Shown one piece after another: positions 1 to 13,758 of a stretch of DNA of 64,000 bases. Within the stretch, counting starts at the first letter, position 1; each line of letters starts with the position of its first letter. Source of the stretch: Octopus vulgaris (lineage: Eukaryota); contig OX597828.1 in the NCBI GenBank assembly GCA_951406725.2, forward strand, positions 3,906,001 through 3,970,000, written 5' to 3'. The translations under genes and the position numbers were made by a program. Under the pieces are notes generated by a model. The model was not told the origin of the DNA, searched no databases, and worked only from the letters and a program-made list of their open reading frames with translations.

Positions 1-3000
1 TATATTCGCAAACGATGATATCTACGAAAAATATGCATTTATTGTATGTACAGACGTTAAGGGTCTATCTAAAATAAAAGACGCTGGTATGCTTACATAC
101 GGGTTCTTATACTCGCGTTCTACATTTACACATTATACCCTCATATAGAGCATGTGAAATAAAAGGAGTCTCTAAGCAATTCTCAATTATTAAAAATAAT
201 AGTCAAACGTCCGTGAAATCGCAATTTACCATCTTGAAAAGAGAGGTAACGCTAGATAATGTAACCTTAGACACACCATGCCATAACAAAAGACCAGGTC
301 GATCAGGAATAGAATGATATTGATCATAGTTTGATTTATTGGTGATGACCTGGAGCTGAGTAACTATAAAAACACGTGGATATAACATTAATAAAGATAA
401 GTGCCTTTATTTCATAATTTCTGGTTTACTGAGTGTGATGTGGAGCGTGTGCGCGCGTGAATATGTGTTTGCGTGTGTGTGTTTATTCTGTTATTTATAA
501 AATAATCTTCTTTGCGTGGTTTTAAGGTGTTGGTAGTCAATCCATACCACGATTAATATCATGTGAAGTTGCAGTATGATGTCATAATTGATAAAATTGA
601 TGTATGTGAGATGGGAAGACTGGGCTTTGCTTTATACATTAGGCATAATTCATTCCTCACTTTATCTACATTTGTCATGCGTAGAATTTTATTATTGAAG
701 TATACAGAAGGTTTATTGTTAATAAATAAAATTTGAAATTTTTATAAATGCAAAATAGAAAGCAGTTTTTTTAGTAGAGAAGACGAATGCTGGAAAATGT
801 ATTGAGTGGCAGACGAGACGATGTTAATTCTTGCTTGTTACAGTGTCTCAGATAGGAATGGTAGAAAAAATGAGAAAGGGAACGACAGTTACAGGAGGGT
901 ATAAATTTGAACAGTGTTAACTCAATGAATCGATTTAGTAAGGAAGAGTGTTTTCCCGTAATTCGTGAAGAAACTACACTGTATTGGAGTGGATATATTA
1001 CAGGTAGCTATTATAATATGCTCCATCTTATTGATTTAACATGTCACTGATATTAAACACGAAAAAATATACATTACATACGTCATCATATTTTCTGTTA
1101 CATTCTGTATTTTTACATACTTTAACTACAGGTTTTTACGGGACTTCGGTTTCCTTTATTCCAGTTGAAAAGTATGAGAATTATATCCTAGAAGGATTGT
1201 TATTCTTTTATAGTATTTAGCAGGGTCAGAAATTTGAATCTGGAATTAAAGGATTATAAGGAAAGCGATGCATAAGTTTCACATATTGATTTTTTTCTTG
1301 GTTTTTACTACAATGTTTTAAAACCTTCTAGTCAGTGGTAATCATATATAACACTATTTCTTCAACATGATATAATCGTGTATGTATTAATTAAAAATTT
1401 TATGAACAAAAGGTATTTCCGATAAATGGAAAATAACTACTGGGGAAGAAATTCCCAGAAGGTGTGTTTTACTTTTTCCCCTTTTCTGCATAGTGCGCTC
1501 GTAGTTCAGAAATACAGTTTCCTTGGTGTCTACATAGAGCGTAACTGTTTCTAGGCAATTCTGCTTTGTGAAGTTGTCTTAAAGTAGTCCGGAGTTTGAG
1601 TTTTAACTACAAAACAAATTCACAAGCCGTTTTTGATGTATTAGTTCATGTGTAGATTTTGGTTTTAAGGTGTTACGTCATCGCTACAATCCTTTATTAC
1701 ATAAGGTGAAAACATCTCTTCGTAAACATATTACGTAAGCCATCTTCAACAGTTTCAAGGGCTGGATTTTGAATCCACAACTTATGATGTGACGGAGTGG
1801 CCTGTTATTTCAAAGGAGGTTATAATTTCTTTATAATATTTAATATTTGGCAGGATTAGAAATTGGAATTTGAAAGTGACATAAAATTCAAATATTCTTT
1901 TTTGTTTACTAATTACGAAATTATTAAAATTTCTAGCCAGTTGTAACCATGTACAGCACTATTTCATTCTCTTTAGAATCATGATATATACTTGAATTGA
2001 TCCATAAGCCATTTTATAAAGCTAAACATATCTTTCATTATTTAAATCACTTTAGAGATTTGAAACTTATAGCATGTAAAACTTGTGCCTATAATAAATA
2101 TTATATAATCTAGTACTTTTTCTAGTTCTTCACTAACCGCATTTGGAAATATATAACAGTGATAAGTTGAAAGTACGATATTACTGTACAGTAGGCCCTT
2201 ACATATATTTAGTTGACCTATTAAGATTAACAATTAAATCTCCCTCAAACCAAACGATACTGTCATAAAAAACAAAGCAAAGTTACTGGATATGATATGA
2301 CCTACAATGTTAAGAGAAAAGAAACCAATCAGACGTATTTAAACAGTATCGGAACTAAACATTTCTAGTAATTGTGTTATCTTCTGGAGGAGCAGATGAC
2401 GTCAAAACCATAAAAAAAAACAAGATGTAACTAGTAAAAGTTATGTCAAGCAAGTAAAGGTTGTTACTACGTAATATTCGAACCATCTAATGTAAATATA
2501 TACTTTGTGCACATGGAGAATTTAAATTATTTATGGAGGGTGTAAGCAGGGTTCTTTAGACTAGATTAAAACAAGAGAAGCAAAGTTGAAAGCTTGTAAT
2601 AAATTTAGATTTCATTGATATATCACTCAAATTGAAATTAATCTAATATATTTGTCAAAAGGAGTCAGTATTCCATTTAGTGTATTCGGTTATCACATTT
2701 GGGATAACTTTTGTCCACAATGCGTCTGAATTAGAAAGTTAAATGAATAATCTTTAATTATTAATTGGGATATTGAATAAAGCAATTATTTGCTCATAAT
2801 TTCTATATAGCTAATATGGCGGAAAGGTCAAAGATTTCCTGATTTATTAACATTTAATATCGATATAGCAATCTAAAAGAAAAGCACTTCCAGTAAGTAA
2901 TCATAAATTGCCTCTTTGTTATAAGGATCTTTCATAATAATTTCCTTCCTTAAGCTACACTCTAATTAATATTACGTCATTTACTTCAGTACATGCTATC

Positions 3001-3637
3001 AATACATACAATCTATCAGTACATATTTATTGTATATTTCAGGTTTCATGACATTCACAATACTCAACGAAAATATTATAACGAATATTAATTTTTTTCC
3101 AACGCTCTTCATCTTAATTATATTGTTTGGATTTCGAAACATTTTACGAGATGAAAAAAATAAACAGATTTAAGTAGAGTAAAATTGGAGTTATAAACAT
3201 GTATTTCTTACTCAAAGGAACAAATGACGCAAGTAATTTCAGAATAGGCTTGCCAGGTTTTTACCTCTTATTTTTCAAGAAACAAACAAACTTTTGCCAT
3301 ATTAGAATTACTCAAAGAGATTAAGATTCCATATCTGCAATTTTGCAGAAAAGGTGGTTAAAATTACTACTACATTAATAGCATTACAACTAGTAGGCTA
3401 ATAACACAGAGGTGAAAAAATATAGTTTCATAACTATATTGTAAAAGCCCAAGTAAGTCGAAACGTATGTAATTGCATTGCCCTCTCACTTCCACCATAT
3501 TCAGTAAAACAAAACCGTTCTGTTAGATTGTCAAGAACGTTAGTAATAAACGGGTACCCGGCTGAATCTGAGTGCCCGAGTGATGGAATTATTATACATA
3601 CCATTCATTCTTATAAAAACATGATTTTATCTTTTAT

Positions 3638-3806
3638 GGAGCACCGCCTTGAAGGAGTTTGGGATGAGGAATCGACCTAAGGGCTTTTTTTCAAGCCTAG
3701 TACGTATTGTATCGGTCTTTTGCCGAACCGCTTAGTTTCAAGGTCATGGACACACCAACACTGGTTCCCAAGTGGCGGTGGAGGCGACAAATACAGACAC
3801 AAAGAC
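3638..3806 (-). mobile_element. SINE fragment whose 3' tail (GGCGGTGCTCC) resembles the CR1-group LINE 3' end
   Basis: Minus strand reads AAGCGGTTCGGCAAAAGACCGATACAATACGTACTAGG...GGCGGTGCTCC; a related copy lies at 42878-43025. Confidence 0.65.
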
Positions 3807-3829
3807 GCACACACATATATAGTGATATA

Positions 3830-3886
<57 letters not shown>

Positions 3887-3962
3887 GTGTGTGTATATAC
3901 ATATATATATATACACATATGTGTGTATATACATATATACGTATTTGTATATATATATACAC

Positions 3963-4150
3963 CACAATTTTTTATGTAGGCAAAAAGGAAAAATAACGAA
4001 TCCGCACGACTTCGGTTAACCACAGACGCGTTTCGAATTTAAAGCAAATTATATTTACCTGTTATAATTTACTTTAAATTCGAAACGCATCTGTGGTTAA
4101 CCGAAGTCGTGCGGATTCATCATTTTACTTTTTACCTACATAAAAAAGTG
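3963..4150. repeat. Fold-back inverted repeat (~90 bp arms, ~9 nt loop) containing the 3' half of a hammerhead motif
   Basis: Left arm ...GAATCCGCACGACTTCGGTTAACCACAGACGCGTTTCGAATTTAAAG is mirrored by CTTTAAATTCGAAACGCATCTGTGGTTAACCGAAGTCGTGCGGATTC. Confidence 0.9.
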
Positions 4151-4399
4151 TGTTACCTCGGAGATTTCTATGGTGTTTCAAAAGACATTAGCCTCTATTT
4201 CTAATTCAGTACGTGTTGACCCCTGATTATAATTATGCATATAATAATAGAATATTTTGTATAATTCACCTAAAAAGGTGTTTTTAACATACTGACTACT
4301 TCGTAAGATTATTAATTATTAATTAGTAAATTGATTTTATCCTATATATATTATATATATATATACAAGTATATATATATATATATATATATATATGCA

Positions 4400-4496
4400 T
4401 AGTTTCCGTCGACCAAATCCCTTCACAATATTTTGGGGCTCGAGGTGCCACGCAGTGGGACTGAACCCGGAAGCCGGGACTGAACATATGGTTGCA

Positions 4497-4498
<2 letters not shown>
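4400..4498 (-). mobile_element. tRNA-derived SINE fragment
   Basis: Minus strand GGGTTCAGTCCCACTGCGTGGCACC (B-box-like); homologous to 16723-16836, 39066-39216 and 43340-43432. Confidence 0.75.
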
Positions 4499-4563
<65 letters not shown>

Positions 4564-6771
4564 TGCATGTGTGTATATGTATATGTATTTGTGTGTGCTT
4601 GAGTAGGAGTGCGCGTGTAGACACGCGCAGGGACAATTCAAAAAACTATAGAACTATATGATAATTCAGTCTCATACACTAACACATACAGATGCATATA
4701 TCACACCACACTCAGGAACACATATACTTGTTTCTTTTAAATATGCTATATAGGAAGCACGAGCATGTTCTAATATATTGTTTTCTTATTAGCGTTCTCT
4801 GCTCCCTGTGTATCAGAAGTTCTTATTTCTTTTCGTACTATACATTTCCGAAATTAATGTTTATCCGATTAAACTTAGGGTTGCCAGGTGATTTTGTCTT
4901 CTGTGCCGCCATTCGTATGGTGAGTGTCTTTTATTGACTCAAAGTTTTCTCTTAGTAATTGACAATCACAGCATTATTATTATATGCAATTTGCAACTCC
5001 AATCATTATTTTAGAACACAGTCATATTTTCAATACAGCATATTTTAAAGAAAAGCTCTTTGATATTTATGAAAATATAAACTACATGGCAATGCAGCAA
5101 AATAAATGAAAAGAGATGCTGTTCACACAAAAAGATAAATATATTAACGAATCATGAAATGCACTTATCACAGAACAAATTAACCTGCACAATCTTGGCA
5201 CCAACAACCACCTCCAACGAAAGCAAGTAAGAAGTTGAAATCAAATTACTATAGCATAAGCAAGAAACCGGGGTTGGTGGTGGTGATGGTGGCGGAAACA
5301 TTATGATAAACGTTGATAATAAACTCGAAGAGAATACGGTGAATGCAATAAAAATAGCCACCCAGTAATTGAACGGAATACTTAATTAGCCAAATATAAC
5401 TAAAAGACATAATGACCACAAAAAAATATGCCGTAACGAAAATGCAATATTTTCTTCACTTCTACACGTATACATTGTGCAGTAAAAATATATAGCCACC
5501 CACATGCACTTCTACATAAAAATCGCCAAATATGTCGATAACGTTATCACAATTAAACACCAGCGTATTAGAGCATCAGTGAATGGGATGAAGTTCTTGA
5601 TATCTTAGAAGTAACAAACGAAATAATTAACATCTCTACACTAGATGCCAAAAGGCTTTTCATTAACCAAGAGTCAGGGACAATGAAATTAGTAGATAAT
5701 GTATACAAGCACTACAAAATGAAGCCCTATCTGACACCTACGAATGTATTTTATAAACCATTAGTAACTTGCATAATTGAGGTACGCTTTTGTTGCCCAC
5801 AAGCAAGTTAGAAAAACATAAAATAAAGAAGCATTTATATGTCTTCACTTAGGATCTGTTTTTGTCAAATCTAGCTACAAGGAAAAGTAAAAGAATAGCT
5901 AATCACATAAATATTACAGATACTAGGTACGTACACGCAGTACTGGTATGACATCTCTAGCAGAAAATGTTGGAAATATAAAAGAGATTGTCGTAAAAAC
6001 TCAGTCCTAAAATTTGACGCCCGAAACATATCTAATACTTCAACATTTTTTGGCATATGTATTCAGATTTGAAATATGATGCATTACAAAAACGCGCATT
6101 TAATCCCAAAAATAAACTTAGATTCTCCCGTGGAAAAAAGAAAAGTAAGAGAAACAAAGGATGTCACAAATTTGTAAAGAATCTATCTCTGTACGCTACT
6201 GCTTGAAGACAATGACTCACTAACTGCATATCGCTTACGGTGAATTCTTCAACGTAGTAGATTCACTCGGGGAGGAAGCACCCATCAATTACATTGATAT
6301 GGAAGAAGAGAACGAAATATCAGACATTGATGGGATGATCAAACTCTGATGATTTTCCAGTTGTTCTGTTTCAAGACATGCTAGAAAATTTTGGAAGAAT
6401 TTCCAGAAAATTCTGGAGAATTTTATATAAATTTATTCATGTGAAATACTAGATGAAACTCTATCGCCTTAAGAAACGCAAAGAGGAGCTTTGTCCCACT
6501 CACTTCTTAATCAGATCTAGTTCTAGAGAACGGGAGGGGGTATGAACAATCACACTAATGGTAGTTCCCCACCATAGCTGCATCCCATGGTAATCGCTAA
6601 AATATTTTATATATATACATATATATGTATATATTAACACAAGATTTGGAAGCATCAAATGTGTTTGGCATTTGGAGAGAAGAAAGTAAATTTTTAACGC
6701 AAATATGGCCGTGAAAACAGCAGCAAGATTGGGCATTTTACCGTTCTAAGACGGAAAAGAAAAATTGTCTG

Positions 6772-6848
6772 CAGACGAGGACGAGATTCGATCCTGTACC
6801 CCTCGGATACCGGATAAGTACATCTCCGTTAAGCTAGACGGCCTGCTG
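6772..6848 (-). mobile_element. tRNA-like SINE head (degenerate, not a functional tRNA)
   Basis: Minus strand GGCCGTCTAGCTTAACGG...GGATCGAATCTCG has A-box- and B-box-like motifs. Confidence 0.5.
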
Positions 6849-6889
6849 AGAACAGTTACTGTCAATGTGAACGTTAAATAATCTTTTGT

Positions 6890-7047
6890 ACTCTAAGTAC
6901 AAGGCCCGAAATTCTAGGAGAGGAGAACATTCGATTTGAACGAGCCCATTATGCAACTAGTACTTAATTAATCGACCCCGAAAGGATGAAAGGCAAAGTC
7001 GACCTCGGCGGAATTTGAACTCAGAACGTCAAGACAGACGAAATACT
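6890..7047 (-). mobile_element. Partial MetaSINE-type SINE
   Basis: GTTCAAATTCCGCCGAGGTCGACTTTGCCTTTCATCCTTTCGGGGTCGAT on minus strand; abuts a full copy. Confidence 0.8.
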
Positions 7048-7272
7048 TATTTCTTTACTACCCACAAGGGGCTAAACACAGAGAGGACAAACAAGGACAG
7101 ACAAACGGATTAAGTCGATTATATCAGTGCGTAACTGGTACTTAATTTATCGACCCCGAAAGGATAACAGGCAAAGTCGACCTCGGCGGAATTTGAACTC
7201 AGAACGTAACGTCAGACAAAATGCCGCTAAGTATTTCGCCCGGCGTGCTAACGTTTCTGCCAGCTCGCCGCC
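7048..7272 (-). mobile_element. Full-length MetaSINE-type SINE
   Basis: Reverse complement closely matches 32758-32990; tRNA-like head, Meta-like central domain, tail ending GTAGTAAAGAAATA. Confidence 0.85.
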
Positions 7273-7459
7273 TTAATGTTAACGCTAATAATAATAGCTT
7301 TTGGGATGCGACAACATCTTATAAACAAACCTTGGAAGCGTCGAATGTGTTTGGCATTTTACAGAAAGTAAATTTGAAACGCATGTGTGAAAACAGCAGA
7401 AAGTTTGGGAACTTTATCTTTATAACATGGTATATATATATACATATGTATACATAAAT

Positions 7460-7526
<67 letters not shown>

Positions 7527-8553
7527 CACACACACATGTTAAGATATAAAATATAAACACTTTAGGAGGGATTCCACAAAATTTCTTTTAAGTTTAAATT
7601 AATGGGCTCACAAAAGAGTGCAAAGATTAGATATCGTAATTAAGAAGCGAATCCAATGCAAGATACAAGAGCTACTGGTAGGGAAAAATGTTATAACATG
7701 GCGGAATATTAGATTTTTGAGTAATAGAGTGATATTCGAACGTCCATGCAGTGTCAGGAAGTATTTACTTTTGGAATGTGTCCTAATTTGCTTGAGGCCT
7801 TGTTTTCATTAATCAATGACCAACTTCCGATTAATTTGAAACAGTATGCAATTTTTTCAGTAGAATGTATGTCATGCGAATAACATAACCGGAAATTCTG
7901 TGAATATCTCTATAATAAACACATGAGAAATCGATACACTTATTTCCATGGCCTTGATTCGCTTGCCAATATTTCTTGTATTTCATCCTTCAACGATGTA
8001 ACAATTATAGCTCATATTTGATATAATTAAAGTAATTTTATCAATGCTGTATTTACGTCGCCGGTCGTTGCAAGTATGTGAAGGGTATTTGGCTGTAATA
8101 ATTATGGACTGGAAGTTACAGCACTTTTATTCTGTTTATATTTAGAAAAATCCCTTCGGCGAATGTTCCATCACACACAAGTACATCCATGTATATCTAT
8201 GCACATATACGTACATGTGTGTGCGTGTGTGTGTGTATAAAGACTATACATTCACAAATAGGCATACATACACACACACACAGGCACTCACATGCGCCCC
8301 AGGGCTTGTGTGTGTATTTTAGTTAACGTGGTTGGTCAAACAAGATTCGATATTTTAATCTTTCTCGTGACACAATGTGAAGACAAACATCATCTTTACT
8401 CTAAATACCACTTTTCAAAACTATTTCATATTACCTCTCGTACTGGCTCCAGAAATTATTTCTCTTCTAGCTCCCTCCTTTTTCTCTGACATAACCATTT
8501 CCTTACCATATTCGTTTTATGTTTTGTTATTTTTAATAACTTAGGTCAACTAA

Positions 8554-9412
8554 TACGAGATAATCTCAAAAAGTGACCGGACTAGTTCTGTAGCGCGCCA
8601 ACAGATGGTAGCATTTGGCTGCGTGAGCATTGAGTGCTTGCAGTGATCTTCATGAGGCAGTATGCTGAGTGACTCTGCTGTGTTATCTTTACAAGTTTTG
8701 ATATTTGTGATTTGGTGATCACATGTATGCTGTGTTCTGAGATTTTTGTCATGGTCAGGAAGCCGGAACAAAGATCCATCGTGAAATTTTGCGTTAAACT
8801 TGCGAAGTCTGCTTCAGAGACACTGAGCTTGCTTCGGCAAGATTAGAGCGACGTGGTCGAACGCAATGTTTCGATTGGCACGACAGAGTCGCAACTGAAT
8901 TAAGAGCATACTCATCGTGTATTTCGACATCGGCGGTATTGTATTTTGAGAATTCATCGCTCAGGGCCAGATCATCAAACGAGAGTGCTGGTTAGACGTC
9001 TTGAAGTATTTGAGGAAGGCTATTCGGAGAAAGCGACCGGATCTGTGAAGAATTGGATTCCTCGTAACGACAATGCACTCTGTCACCGAGCTCTACTCAC
9101 TCGTATTTTTCTCGCCAAAAACATGCTATCGCTTCCACACTGGCCTCATTCGCCAGATTGAAGACCTGCAGAATTCCATCTCTTCTCCAAGGTCGCCGCT
9201 TTAACACCGTTGTCGAGATCCAGACCGAATGACAGAAGGCCTTTGACACGCTGGAAGATGACTTACAAACCGGATCCCGAAAATGACAGGAATGCTGGGA
9301 CCGGTGTATTGCTGCGCAAGGTAACTATTTCGAAAGAGATGGTGTTAAAACTTAGTTATTTTTTTGTTTATTAAACATATCTACAACGCGAACGCTGAGA
9401 TACCACCTTGTA
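8554..9412 (+). mobile_element. Degenerate, internally deleted mariner transposon
   Basis: Remnants EQRSIVKFCVKLAKSASETL (HTH), RNDNAL (HDNA-like) and HWPHSPD (YSPDL-like); TA-flanked imperfect TIRs TACGAGATAATCTC / GAGATACCACCTTGTA. Confidence 0.8.
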
Positions 9413-9740
9413 TTTTGATTGGGTCAACATGTGCGGAACCATTTATAATTTGAACACTTCCTAGTTATGTTATCTTTTGCTCCGATGAGTAATGCTATCG
9501 TTATTTTTTTCTTACCAGTTAATCTAAGTGACCTTACATCCTCAATCGCACCTGCATTATTTTTTCGTATCTTTACCACACGAGTTCTATTTATGCCTTT
9601 GTGCATAAGTAAATGCATATTACACACACACACACACGCACACACACACACACACGCAAACACACACACACACACGCACACACACACACACATATATATA
9701 TACTTTCCCCTTTATATATTTATACATACATATATCGAAA

Positions 9741-9880
9741 GAAAGTTTTGTTAACGCACTAAAAAGTATTTTGTTTATTGTACGACATTACTTAGCTTGC
9801 TTCATGCAACATAATTTACTCGAGCATGGCGTCTTATCGCACGTAATCATTAGATAGTTTTATTGTTTTCTTGAAAGGAA
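9741..9880 (+). repeat. Diverged direct duplicate of 14585-14720
   Basis: Shared AAAGTTTTGTTAACGCACTAAAAA...CTCGAGCATGGCGTCTTATCGC...AAAGGAA. Confidence 0.85.
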
Positions 9881-10041
9881 ATATATATATATATATATAT
9901 ATTTATGTGTGTGCGTGTGTGTCCATGTATTTGAACTCATTTGTTTTCGTATTTCATGTAGTATACAGTTGGTGACGTCCTGTACCCATATATGCATATG
10001 TATACATAATACATACATACGTACATAATGCATACATACAT

Positions 10042-10096
<55 letters not shown>

Positions 10097-10101
<5 letters not shown>

Positions 10102-10253
10102 TCTAATGAGTTCAGTATGTGGCAAAGTAATTTATTTTACTAAGCCCTTATATATAATGTAATATTTTGAATTCGCCTAAAATGGTCCCTTTACATACTG
10201 AATACTTGGTGAAATTGATTAATAATTAATTAATTTTACCCTCAATTGTTGAA

Positions 10254-10255
<2 letters not shown>
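10097..10255 (+). repeat. Older, diverged 3' fragment of the 561-bp hammerhead repeat unit, flanked by (TA)n
   Basis: Matches the end of the array (~13880-14037) with scattered substitutions and ends at the same CAATTGTTGAAAT. Confidence 0.9.
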
Positions 10256-10285
<30 letters not shown>

Positions 10286-10984
10286 TAATATTTCATTGAA
10301 CACCACCCATCCATTTCCAAGTAAGTTTATCTTACTCTTTTTTATGTGACTCTACTCTATACTGTTTTCTTCCTCATATTTTTCTCCCCTTCACTGTTTT
10401 CTATCTGTCTTTTTCTCTACTTTTCTCTTTTTCTCTATCTTGTTGCTCATACGCAACCATTGCCTATCTCTCTTTTCCTCGCGTGATAATCTTTCTTTTC
10501 CTTCAGGACTGCCTTAAGGACAGGACGTATTCCACCTCTCTCTTCTATCTTTTCTCTTTTCAAAGAAGATATTTTCCAGCATTCGCTATTCTGCCTTCTT
10601 TCTGGCCTAACGACCCTCCATGTTTGTTTTCGTTCGGTTTCCCTGTATGTTTCCACTGACCTGGTTTTGTTCCTAACTTTGACACCCATAAATCCCAAAT
10701 TATATTTTCGTACTTATGGGAGCAACTATCCTCGAAGACTCATATTGTCGTTTAATGCTCGATATAAGGAGTAGATAAACAGCCGAAAACTGATAAAGGG
10801 TCGTTCTTTATGTTACTTGTCCTGATTTCCATTTGTTTCTTTCTTTGTTTGCATATTGAACTCATTTGTTTTCGTATTTCAGGTTGTTTACTGTTGGTGA
10901 TCTCCTATATCCATATATGCAAATGGATATATATATATATATGTACAGACATATATCTTAATTATATATATGTATATATATATA

Positions 10985-11037
<53 letters not shown>

Positions 11038-11147
11038 TTTATAGGTTTTGTTGAATTTTCTGCTGCTTTAAATAAAGCATATTATTCTACTACTGGTATT
11101 TGAGTACTCTTTTTTTCCACCTTGTTTCACATTAATGTGTTTACTCC

Positions 11148-11247
<100 letters not shown>

Positions 11248-11251
11248 TATA

Positions 11252-11385
11252 TAGTTCTATGCGTGTATACATGTTAACATTTCTTGTCTATATTGTGATA
11301 TCTATAAAGCTTTAACCAGCACTATATTCGCAAATGTCAAAACCTTTCTTCGTATACGAAATCTCCTAAGAGCGAGATCACTGTT
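11252..11385 (+). repeat. Diverged direct duplicate of 14161-14285
   Basis: Shared TTCTTGTCTATATTG...AAATGTCAAAACCTTTCTTC...TCTCCTAAGAGCGA. Confidence 0.85.
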
Positions 11386-11699
11386 GGTGACGTCATATAC
11401 CTATATATGCATATATATATATATATATATATATACATACATATATTAATTATATATATTATGTGTATATATATAATATATATATATACGTATATATATG
11501 TGTATATAAAAATTATTACATTATATAAAAGGGCTTAGTAAAATAAATTACTTTGCCGCATACTGAACTCATTAGAAATAGCAGCTAAAAAACTTTTTTA
11601 AAGCTATTTCTAATACTTAAAGAAAATCTCTCATATATAGTGTTTGCTTAATTCAACTCACAAAAGTTTGGGGGTAAGGACATCAAAAAATCAAATGCT

Positions 11700-11770
11700 A
11701 AGGTTATTTGAGAACGTACGTTTCAAGATTAGTCAAAACGACATTTCTATCATCAGCTCAGAAACTCCTT
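11700..11770 (-). ncRNA. Type I hammerhead ribozyme fold (array copy, inverted)
   Basis: Reverse complement of the fold at 12565-12635. Confidence 0.7.
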
Positions 11771-12564
11771 GGTTTGGATTTGGAAACACTGAAAGTAAGA
11801 ACATACCCTTTCGGCTTCTCATCGCTCTCGAAGATCTGCTCGTAACTAACAGTGCCAACAAACTCAAATAAGCAAGCGAAGAATTTCTGTTCTCCCCTTT
11901 CCACCAGCGTGGGTTAAAATCATCAAACACTATGCTTATTTCGGTAAAATCCGAAGCATTAATTAGAGGGAGATTAATTATAATTTCAACAATTGAGGGT
12001 AAAATTAATTAATTATTAATCAATTTCACCAAGTGTTCAGTATGCAAAGGGACCATTTAAGGCGAATTCAAATTATTACATTATATAAAAGGGCTTAGTA
12101 AAATAAATTACTTTGCCGCATACTGAACTCATTAGAAATAGCAGCTAAAAAACTTTTTTAAAGCTATTTCTAATACTTAAAGAAAATCTCTCATATATAG
12201 TGTTTGCTTAATTCAACTCACAAAAGTTTGGGGTAAGGACATCAAAAAAGCAAATGCTAAGGTTATTTAATGCCTTAAATGGTCCCTTTGCATACTGAAC
12301 ACTTGGTGAAATTGATTAATAATTAATTAATTTTACCCTCAATTGTTGAAATTATAATTAATCTCCCTCTAATTAATGCTTCGGATTTTACCGAAATAAG
12401 CATAGTGTTTGATGATTTTAACCCACGCTGGTGGAAAGGGGAGAACAGAAATTCTTCGCTTGCTTATTTGAGTTTGTTGGCACTGTTAGTTACGAGCAGA
12501 TCTTCGAGAGCGATGAGAAGCCGAAAGGGTATGTTCTTACTTTCAGTGTTTCCAAATCCAAACC

Positions 12565-12635
12565 AAGGAGTTTCTGAGCTGATGATAGAAATGTCGTTTT
12601 GACTAATCTTGAAACGTACGTTCTCAAATAACCTT
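12565..12635 (+). ncRNA. Type I hammerhead ribozyme fold; predicted cleavage after 12622 (GUU)
   Basis: Stem I UGAG/CUCA plus UU/AA plus AAGG/CCUU; core CUGAUGA; stem II AGA/UCU and GUC/GAC; GAAAC-GUAC-GUU with palindromic ACGUACGU; U.U at 10.1-11.1 is atypical. Confidence 0.72.
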
Positions 12636-13126
12636 AGCATTTGATTTTTTGATGTCCTTACCCCCAAACTTTTTTGAGTTGAATTAAGCAAACACTATAT
12701 ATGAGAGAGATTTTCTTTAAGTATTAGAAATAGCTTTAAAAAAGTTTTTTAGCTGCTATTTCTAATGAGTTCAGTATGCGGCAAAGTAATTTATTTTACT
12801 AAGCCCTTTTATATAATGTAATAATTTGAATTCGCCTTAAATGGTCCCTTTGCATACTGAACACTTGGTGAAATTGATTAATAATTAATTAATTTTACCC
12901 TCAATTGTTGAAATTATAATTAATCTCCCTCTAATTAATGCTTCGGATTTTACCGAAATAAGCATAGTGTTTGATGATTTTAACCCACGCTGGTGGAAAG
13001 GGGAGAACAGAAATTCTTCGCTTGCTTATTTGAGTTTGTTGGCACTGTTAGTTACGAGCAGATCTTCGAGAGCGATGAGAAGCCGAAAGGGTATGTTCTT
13101 ACTTTCAGTGTTTCCAAATCCAAACC

Positions 13127-13197
13127 AAGGAGTTTCTGAGCTGATGATAGAAATGTCGTTTTGACTAATCTTGAAACGTACGTTCTCAAATAACCTT
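13127..13197 (+). ncRNA. Type I hammerhead ribozyme fold; predicted cleavage after 13184
   Basis: Same sequence as 12565-12635. Confidence 0.72.
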
Positions 13198-13687
13198 AGC
13201 ATTTCATTTTTTGATGTCCTTACCCCCAAACTTTTTGAGTTGAATTAAGCAAACACTATATATGAGAGAGATTTTCTTTAAGTATTAGAAATAGCTTTAA
13301 AAAAGTTTTTTAGCTGCTATTTCTAATGAGTTCAGTATGCGGCAAAGTAATTTATTTTACTAAGCCCTTTTATATAATGTAATAATTTGAATTCGCCTTA
13401 AATGGTCCCTTTGCATACTGAACACTTGGTGAAATTGATTAATAATTAATTAATTTTACCCTCAATTGTTGAAATTATAATTAATCTCCCTCTAATTAAT
13501 GCTTCGGATTTTACCGAAATAAGCATAGTGTTTGATGATTTTAACCCACGCTGGTGGAAAGGGGAGAACAGAAATTCTTCGCTTGCTTATTTGAGTTTGT
13601 TGGCACTGTTAGTTACGAGCAGATCTTCGAGAGCGATGAGAAGCCGAAAGGGTATGTTCTTACTTTCAGTGTTTCCAAATCCAAACC

Positions 13688-13758
13688 AAGGAGTTTCTGA
13701 GCTGATGATAGAAATGTCGTTTTGACTAATCTTGAAACGTACGTTCTCAAATAACCTT
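13688..13758 (+). ncRNA. Type I hammerhead ribozyme fold; predicted cleavage after 13745
   Basis: Same sequence as 12565-12635. Confidence 0.72.

Noticed and set aside
830-3120. Candidate splice acceptors (TTACAG, CTACAG, TTTCAG) suggesting host exons
   Set aside because: No recognisable reading frame follows them; cannot be supported without transcript data.
3435-3480. CGAAACGTATGTA possible hammerhead 3' half
   Set aside because: No convincing core or stem I.
6772-6848. tRNA gene
   Set aside because: Cloverleaf incomplete; better explained as a SINE head.
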